Positions 56,710-64,000 of a stretch of DNA of 64,000 nt are shown here, in pieces. The stretch comes from Escherichia coli (GTDB lineage Bacteria > Pseudomonadota > Gammaproteobacteria > Enterobacterales > Enterobacteriaceae): assembly GCF_030384885.1 (NCBI RefSeq), contig NZ_CP128613.1. One strand, given 5' to 3'. The notes below the pieces were generated by a model. That model did no database searches and was not told where the DNA came from. It saw only the letters and a list, made by a program, of their open reading frames with translations. Each line of letters starts with the position of its first letter. Position 1 is the stretch's first letter. Position numbers and translations under genes: made by a program.

Positions 56710-57657
56710 GTGGCACAACGAGATTATGTACGCCGCAGCCAACCGGCACCTTCGCGGCGAAAAAAAAGCACCTCACGGAAAAAGCAACGAAATCTGCCTG
56801 CGGTTTCTCCCGCAATGGTCGCTATTGCTGCCGCCGTTCTTGTGACCTTTATCGGTGGTCTGTACTTCATTACGCATCACAAGAAAGAAGAGTCCGAGAC
56901 ACTGCAAAGCCAGAAAGTGACCGGAAACGGATTACCACCGAAACCAGAAGAACGCTGGCGCTACATTAAAGAGCTGGAAAGTCGCCAGCCGGGTGTGCGT
57001 GCACCAACAGAACCTTCTGCCGGTGGTGAAGTGAAAACGCCGGAGCAACTGACACCAGAACAACGTCAGCTTCTTGAACAAATGCAGGCTGATATGCGCC
57101 AGCAACCAACGCAACTGGTTGAAGTCCCATGGAATGAACAGACGCCGGAACAGCGTCAGCAAACGCTTCAACGTCAGGCACAACAGCGTCAGATTCAGGC
57201 GGCTCAACAGCAGCAGCGTCAGGCTGAGCAGGCATATCAACAACCGCGTACCGCGCAAGCGCAGCAACCACCGCGCCAGACGCAGCAGACTCGCCAGGCG
57301 GCTCAGCAGCCGTACCAGGATCTCCTGCAAACGCCAGCACACACTGCCGCGGCGCAGCCGAAGTCACAGCAAGTCGCGCCTGTTAGCCGGGCCGCTGACG
57401 CGCCAAAACAGACGGCGGAGAAAAAAGACGAGCGGCGCTGGATGGTACAGTGCGGTTCGTTCCGAGGCGCGGAACAGGCAGAGACGGTACGTGCTCAGCT
57501 GGCGTTCGAAGGCTTTGACTCGAAAATTACCACCAACAATGGCTGGAATCGTGTGGTGATTGGCCCGATTAAAGGGAAAGAAAATGCCGACGGCACCCTG
57601 AATCGCCTGAAGATGGCGGGTCATACAAACTGTATTCGACTCGCTACCGGGGGTTGA
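56710..57657 (+). CDS. ftsN: Cell division protein FtsN (Gln-rich linker, C-terminal SPOR domain)
   Basis: GTG start; …QRDYVRRSQPAPSRRKKSTSRKKQRNLPAVSPAMVAIAAAVLVTFIGGLYF…; Q-rich periplasmic region. Confidence 0.92.
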   Translation: MAQRDYVRRSQPAPSRRKKSTSRKKQRNLPAVSPAMVAIAAAVLVTFIGGLYFITHHKKEESETLQSQKVTGNGLPPKPEERWRYIKELESRQPGVRAPTEPSAGGEVKTPEQLTPEQRQLLEQMQADMRQQPTQLVEVPWNEQTPEQRQQTLQRQAQQRQIQAAQQQQRQAEQAYQQPRTAQAQQPPRQTQQTRQAAQQPYQDLLQTPAHTAAAQPKSQQVAPVSRAADAPKQTAEKKDERRWMVQCGSFRGAEQAETVRAQLAFEGFDSKITTNNGWNRVVIGPIKGKENADGTLNRLKMAGHTNCIRLATGG

Positions 57658-57749
57658 AACCCTCAAAATCCCCCCCATCTATAATTGCATTATGCCCCGT
57701 ACTTTTGTACGGGGTTTGTACTCTGTATTCGTAACCAAGGGGTCAGCTC

Positions 57750-58280
57750 GTGACAACTATAGTAAGCGTACGCCGTAACGGCCATGTGGTCATCGCTGGT
57801 GATGGTCAGGCCACGTTGGGCAATACCGTAATGAAAGGTAACGTGAAAAAGGTCCGCCGTCTGTACAACGACAAAGTCATCGCGGGCTTTGCGGGCGGTA
57901 CTGCGGATGCTTTTACGCTGTTCGAACTGTTTGAACGTAAACTGGAAATGCATCAGGGCCATCTGGTCAAAGCCGCCGTTGAGCTGGCAAAAGACTGGCG
58001 TACCGATCGCATGTTACGCAAACTTGAAGCACTGCTGGCAGTCGCGGATGAAACCGCTTCACTGATCATCACCGGTAACGGTGACGTGGTGCAGCCAGAA
58101 AACGATCTTATTGCTATCGGCTCCGGCGGCCCTTACGCCCAGGCTGCGGCGCGCGCGCTGTTAGAAAACACTGAACTAAGCGCCCGTGAAATTGCTGAAA
58201 AGGCGTTGGATATTGCAGGCGACATTTGCATCTATACCAACCATTTCCACACCATCGAAGAATTAAGCTACAAAGCGTAA
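57750..58280 (+). CDS. hslV: ATP-dependent protease subunit HslV
   Basis: 176 aa, [38 protein letters not shown]…. Confidence 0.95.
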
Positions 58281-58289
58281 GGATCTCCC

Positions 58290-59621
58290 ATGTCTGAAAT
58301 GACCCCACGCGAAATCGTCAGCGAACTGGATAAGCACATCATCGGCCAGGACAACGCCAAGCGTTCCGTGGCGATTGCACTGCGTAACCGCTGGCGTCGC
58401 ATGCAGCTTAACGAAGAGCTGCGCCATGAAGTGACCCCGAAAAATATCCTGATGATCGGCCCGACCGGTGTCGGTAAAACTGAAATCGCTCGTCGTCTGG
58501 CTAAGCTGGCGAATGCGCCGTTCATTAAAGTTGAAGCGACCAAATTCACCGAAGTGGGCTATGTAGGTAAGGAAGTGGATTCTATTATCCGCGATCTGAC
58601 CGATGCCGCCGTGAAAATGGTACGCGTCCAGGCTATTGAGAAAAACCGTTATCGCGCTGAAGAACTGGCAGAAGAACGTATTCTCGACGTGCTGATCCCA
58701 CCGGCTAAAAACAACTGGGGACAGACCGAACAACAGCAGGAACCGTCCGCTGCTCGTCAGGCATTCCGCAAAAAACTGCGTGAAGGCCAGCTCGATGACA
58801 AAGAAATCGAGATCGATCTTGCCGCAGCACCGATGGGCGTTGAAATTATGGCGCCTCCGGGAATGGAAGAGATGACCAGCCAGCTGCAGTCCATGTTCCA
58901 GAACCTGGGTGGTCAGAAACAAAAAGCGCGTAAGCTGAAAATCAAAGACGCCATGAAGCTGCTGATTGAAGAAGAAGCGGCGAAACTGGTGAATCCGGAA
59001 GAGCTGAAGCAAGACGCTATCGACGCCGTTGAACAGCACGGGATCGTGTTTATTGACGAAATCGACAAAATCTGTAAGCGCGGCGAGTCTTCCGGTCCGG
59101 ATGTTTCTCGTGAAGGTGTTCAGCGTGACCTGCTGCCGCTGGTAGAAGGTTGCACCGTTTCCACCAAACACGGGATGGTCAAAACTGACCACATTCTGTT
59201 TATCGCTTCTGGCGCGTTCCAGATTGCGAAACCGTCTGACCTGATCCCGGAACTGCAAGGTCGTCTGCCAATCCGCGTTGAACTGCAGGCACTGACCACC
59301 AGCGACTTCGAGCGTATTCTGACCGAGCCGAATGCCTCTATCACCGTGCAGTACAAAGCACTGATGGCGACTGAAGGCGTAAATATCGAGTTCACCGACT
59401 CCGGTATTAAGCGGATCGCGGAAGCAGCATGGCAGGTGAACGAATCTACCGAAAACATCGGTGCTCGTCGTTTACATACTGTTCTGGAGCGTTTAATGGA
59501 AGAGATTTCCTACGACGCCAGCGATTTAAGCGGTCAAACCATCACTATTGACGCAGATTATGTGAGCAAACATCTGGATGCGTTGGTGGCAGATGAAGAT
59601 CTGAGCCGTTTTATCCTATAA
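58290..59621 (+). CDS. hslU: ATP-dependent protease ATPase subunit HslU
   Basis: 443 aa, [39 protein letters not shown]…; Walker A GPTGVGKT. Confidence 0.97.
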
Positions 59622-59687
59622 TCGCGTTCAATCATTTTCATCATTGTTTGATGGGGCTGAAAGGCCCCATTTTTATTGGCGCGTATT

Positions 59688-60614
59688 ATGACTGAACAAC
59701 AAATTAGCCGAACTCAGGCGTGGCTGGAAAGTTTACGACCTAAAACCCTCCCCCTCGCCTTTGCTGCAATTATCGTCGGGACGGCGCTGGCATGGTGGCA
59801 AGGTCACTTCGATCCGCTGGTCGCCCTGCTGGCACTGATTACCGCCGGACTGCTTCAAATTCTCTCTAACCTCGCTAATGATTACGGCGATGCAGTAAAA
59901 GGCAGCGATAAACCTGACCGCATTGGCCCGCTACGTGGCATGCAAAAAGGGGTCATTACCCAGCAAGAGATGAAACGGGCGCTCATTATTACCGTCGTGC
60001 TCATCTGTCTCTCCGGGCTGGCACTGGTTGCAGTGGCGTGCCATACGCTGGCCGATTTTGTCGGTTTCCTGATTCTTGGCGGGTTGTCGATCATTGCCGC
60101 TATCACCTACACCGTGGGCAATCGTCCTTATGGTTATATCGGTTTGGGTGATATTTCCGTACTGGTTTTCTTTGGCTGGTTAAGCGTCATGGGCAGCTGG
60201 TATTTACAGGCTCATACATTGATTCCGGCACTGATCCTTCCGGCGACCGCATGCGGCCTGCTGGCAACGGCAGTACTGAACATTAATAACCTGCGTGATA
60301 TCAATAGCGACCGCGAAAATGGCAAAAACACGCTGGTAGTGCGCTTAGGTGAAGTGAACGCGCGTCGTTATCATGCCTGCCTGCTGATGGGCTCTCTGGT
60401 GTGTCTGGCGCTGTTTAATCTCTTTTCACTGCATAGCCTGTGGGGCTGGCTGTTCCTGCTGGCGGCACCATTACTGGTGAAGCAAGCCCGTTATGTGATG
60501 CGGGAAATGGACCCGGTGGCGATGCGACCGATGCTGGAACGCACTGTCAAGGGAGCGTTACTGACTAACGTGCTGTTTGTTTTAGGGATATTCCTAAGCC
60601 AGTGGGCAGCATAA
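59688..60614 (+). CDS. menA: 1,4-dihydroxy-2-naphthoate octaprenyltransferase
   Basis: MTEQQISRTQAWLESLRPKTLPLAF…; polytopic UbiA-family; start at internal Met of the track ORF. Confidence 0.9.
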   Translation: MTEQQISRTQAWLESLRPKTLPLAFAAIIVGTALAWWQGHFDPLVALLALITAGLLQILSNLANDYGDAVKGSDKPDRIGPLRGMQKGVITQQEMKRALIITVVLICLSGLALVAVACHTLADFVGFLILGGLSIIAAITYTVGNRPYGYIGLGDISVLVFFGWLSVMGSWYLQAHTLIPALILPATACGLLATAVLNINNLRDINSDRENGKNTLVVRLGEVNARRYHACLLMGSLVCLALFNLFSLHSLWGWLFLLAAPLLVKQARYVMREMDPVAMRPMLERTVKGALLTNVLFVLGIFLSQWAA

Positions 60615-60706
60615 CTGACAAATATCAATTAACAATTGATGATTTTGCCAACAGCCCACATAGCGCGATATACTGAAAATTCTCGCAGCAACTGAATGTT
60701 AAGCCT

Positions 60707-61192
60707 ATGAAATACGATACTTCCGAGCTTTGTGACATCTATCAAGAAGATGTTAACGTCGTGGAACCGCTGTTCTCCAACTTTGGCGGACGGGCGTCGT
60801 TTGGCGGACAAATAATCACGGTAAAATGTTTCGAGGACAACGGGTTGCTGTACGATCTGCTCGAACAGAATGGCCGTGGTCGTGTTCTCGTCGTTGATGG
60901 CGGTGGTTCTGTTCGTCGCGCACTGGTCGATGCTGAGCTGGCGCGTCTGGCAGTACAAAATGAATGGGAAGGCCTGGTCATTTACGGCGCGGTGCGTCAG
61001 GTAGATGACCTGGAAGAGCTGGATATCGGCATCCAGGCGATGGCAGCAATTCCAGTCGGTGCCGCTGGCGAAGGCATTGGCGAAAGCGATGTCCGCGTTA
61101 ATTTTGGCGGCGTCACCTTCTTCTCCGGTGACCATCTTTATGCCGACAATACCGGAATTATTCTTTCAGAAGATCCGCTGGATATTGAATAA
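60707..61192 (+). CDS. rraA: Regulator of ribonuclease activity A
   Basis: 161 aa, [47 protein letters not shown]…. Confidence 0.92.
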
Positions 61193-61209
61193 GTACCTGC
61201 CATGCGTTA

Positions 61210-61236
61210 AAAGGGGAATTAAATTCCCCTTTTTTA
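61210..61236 (+). terminator. rraA terminator
   Basis: aaggggaatt-aaattcccc followed by ttttttat. Confidence 0.55.
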
Positions 61237-61450
61237 TATGCAAAATATTCATAAAGACTATCATTTGTTTTTATTTAATTCATTTTAAATATCAATAGTT
61301 CACATCTGACAATATAAATTAATTATCGATAAATCATTTCATAAAAATATGCAGCATTAAAAATTAATGCTATATGGTAAATTAACTATTCTGGGAATAG
61401 GGATATGAATCATCGTTAGTAGCGAACGTATTATATAATAAGGGATTGAT

Positions 61451-62167
61451 ATGAGATACGTTATCTTATTAATACTATGGATAATAACTACTTTTCTTAG
61501 TCATCTTCAGCACAGCAACCTACTGTCTGGAGATCCTGGCATGGTTGGCGAGTATATCGGTTCAGTATTTCTGGGGCCGTTGTTACTTCCCGTGCTTGTG
61601 TCAGGTATTCTGTGCGCATTTATTAAAAAAAAACGTAACTTCGCCAGTTTTACTCGCGGGTGCTGTTGGGTATTGGGAATCCTGCTTTTATCCAAAGTCG
61701 GCAATACGTTTCGTATGTTTACCCCGTGGCAATATACCTTTGAGAATGCTGCGATAACCGTGACTATCCCGAACCGACACTGGAATACGGTTTCCATTAG
61801 TACTAATAAAACCATTGATATAAGAAGTGAGGATAATAGCGTCTTCATTTCTGCTTTCCGCCTGCCCGCAGGACGTAGCGCCGATGACCCGCTGGAAGCG
61901 TTAAAGAAGAAGCAGCGAGACAATCTCAAGGATCAATACAATGAGGAAGCCTTCCAGTTTCATGATTGTAATGCCAAACATTTCACCTGTAAGTATCAGG
62001 ATGTGTTGATAAATTTTGATGGTCAGCAGAAAAGAACCATCAGTGTTTATCTTGAAGACACCCCCAGGGCTGTGGGGATCATTGCATTAATGGCGCCAGA
62101 TACGGCAGATAAATATCGCCAACAGGCGATGGAGATTATGCTTTCCGCTAAAAATGCAGTGAAGTAA
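61451..62167 (+). CDS. Hypothetical membrane protein (orphan, AT-rich gene)
   Basis: 238 aa; two to three N-terminal hydrophobic helices (MRYVILLILWIITTFLSHL; SVFLGPLLLPVLVSGILCAFI; CCWVLGILLLS) then soluble domain; no family recognised. Confidence 0.6.
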   Translation: MRYVILLILWIITTFLSHLQHSNLLSGDPGMVGEYIGSVFLGPLLLPVLVSGILCAFIKKKRNFASFTRGCCWVLGILLLSKVGNTFRMFTPWQYTFENAAITVTIPNRHWNTVSISTNKTIDIRSEDNSVFISAFRLPAGRSADDPLEALKKKQRDNLKDQYNEEAFQFHDCNAKHFTCKYQDVLINFDGQQKRTISVYLEDTPRAVGIIALMAPDTADKYRQQAMEIMLSAKNAVK

Positions 62168-62169
62168 AA

Positions 62170-62192
62170 AATAAGGCGCCTTGCGGCGCCTC
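62170..62192. terminator. Terminator-like hairpin between the orphan gene and zapB (convergent)
   Basis: aggcgcc-ttgc-ggcgcct flanked by A-run on one side. Confidence 0.45.
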
Positions 62193-62205
62193 TGCGTGGA
62201 AGAGA

Positions 62206-62514
<309 letters not shown>

Positions 62515-62876
62515 TTAATAAATACGAGCGCACTTTAGTTAGCTCCGATTGTATGAAGCCGCGCCATCGCTGTCCAGCGGCACGCCTTGCAGATTACGGT
62601 TTGCCACACTTTTCATCCTTCTCCTGGAGACATAATCCACGCAAATCGAAAATGTTAATAAATTTGTTGCGCGAATGATCTAACAAACATGCATCATGTA
62701 CAATCAGATGGAATAAATGGCGCGATAACGCTCATTTTATGACGAAGCACACACATTTTAAGTTCGATATTTCTCGTTTTTGCTCGTTAACGATAAGTTT
62801 ACAGCATGCCTACAAGCATCGTGGAGGTCCGTGACTTTCACGCATACAACAAACATTAACTCTTCAGGATCCGATT

Positions 62877-63722
62877 ATGAGTCAAACATCAACCTTGAAA
62901 GGCCAGTGCATTGCTGAATTCCTCGGTACCGGGTTGTTGATTTTTTTCGGTGTGGGTTGCGTTGCAGCACTAAAAGTCGCTGGTGCGTCTTTTGGTCAGT
63001 GGGAAATCAGTGTCATTTGGGGACTGGGGGTGGCAATGGCCATCTACCTGACCGCAGGGGTTTCCGGCGCGCATCTTAATCCCGCTGTTACCATTGCATT
63101 GTGGCTGTTTGCCTGTTTCGACAAGCGCAAAGTTATTCCTTTTATCGTTTCACAAGTTGCCGGCGCTTTCTGTGCTGCGGCTTTAGTTTACGGGCTTTAC
63201 TACAATTTATTTTTCGACTTCGAGCAGACTCATCACATTGTTCGCGGCAGCGTTGAAAGTGTTGATCTGGCTGGTACTTTCTCTACTTACCCGAATCCTC
63301 ATATCAATTTTGTGCAGGCTTTCGCAGTTGAGATGGTGATTACCGCTATTCTGATGGGGCTGATCCTGGCGTTAACGGACGATGGCAACGGTGTACCACG
63401 CGGCCCTTTGGCTCCCTTGCTGATTGGTCTACTGATTGCGGTCATTGGCGCATCTATGGGCCCATTGACGGGCTTTGCCATGAACCCAGCGCGTGACTTC
63501 GGTCCGAAAGTCTTTGCCTGGCTGGCGGGCTGGGGCAATGTCGCCTTTACCGGCGGCAGAGACATTCCTTACTTCCTGGTGCCGCTTTTTGGCCCTATCG
63601 TTGGCGCGATTGTAGGTGCATTTGCCTATCGCAAACTGATTGGTCGCCATTTGCCTTGCGATATCTGTGTTGTGGAAGAAAAGGAGACCACAACTCCTTC
63701 AGAACAAAAAGCTTCGCTGTAA
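62877..63722 (+). CDS. glpF: Glycerol uptake facilitator (aquaglyceroporin)
   Basis: 281 aa with two NPA motifs (HLNPAVT and MNPARD). Confidence 0.95.
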
Positions 63723-63744
63723 TATGACTACGGGACAATTAAAC

Positions 63745-64000
63745 ATGACTGAAAAAAAATATATCGTTGCGCTCGACCAGGGCACCACCAGCTCCCGCGC
63801 GGTCGTAATGGATCACGATGCCAATATCATTAGCGTGTCACAGCGCGAATTTGAGCAAATCTACCCAAAACCAGGCTGGGTAGAACACGACCCAATGGAA
63901 ATCTGGGCCACCCAAAGCTCCACGCTGGTAGAAGTGCTGGCGAAAGCCGATATCAGTTCCGATCAAATTGCAGCTATCGGTATTACGAATCAACGTGAAA
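63745..64000 (+). CDS. glpK: Glycerol kinase, N-terminal part only (runs off window end)
   Basis: [54 protein letters not shown]…. Confidence 0.9.

Noticed and set aside
56932-57559. Three overlapping ORFs (133-161 aa) on both strands
   Set aside because: All fall inside ftsN in its Gln/Pro-rich linker; the repetitive CAG/CAA-rich sequence keeps alternative frames open. Not independent genes.
58263-59258. 331-aa ORF on the minus strand
   Set aside because: Lies entirely antisense within hslU, whose plus-strand product is unmistakable; the antisense translation is low-complexity and has no RBS context. Shadow ORF.

Overview
This window reads as an Escherichia coli-type chromosome segment, in reverse-complement orientation relative to the K-12 map as I recall it. 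The conserved backbone runs fabR(partial)-sthA-oxyR/oxyS-argHBC/argE-ppc-eptC-yijO-frwD-pflCD-frwBC-ptsA-fsaB-gldA-yijF-yijE-katG-metF-metLB/metJ-yiiX-rpmE-priA-cytR-ftsN-hslVU-menA-rraA-zapB-glpF-glpK(partial). Four stretches interrupt that backbone and look accessory: (1) a transporter plus sugar-acid dehydratase pair between oxyS and argH, with a poly-C tract upstream; (2) a ~12.7 kb island between metF and metL carrying three UshA-like periplasmic nucleotidase paralogs, a Tsx-like outer-membrane channel, a coupled SHMT-like/alanine-racemase-like pair (the SHMT-like gene has an in-frame TAG), a MocR-type regulator, a zinc-ribbon protein and an AT-rich orphan gene; (3) a mobile-element junkyard between yiiX and rpmE containing a deleted Rhs element with toxin tip and putative immunity gene, an IS1 InsB fragment, a group II intron 3' fragment and an H-repeat (ISAs1-family) transposase; (4) an AT-rich orphan membrane-protein gene between rraA and zapB. 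The metF-metL island is the best candidate for an undescribed system; its function is inferred only from motifs I could read by eye. No tRNA, rRNA or CRISPR array was seen. All identifications come from reading the translations and from memory of protein families; no database search or computation was run, and the backbone gene order is from memory of K-12.
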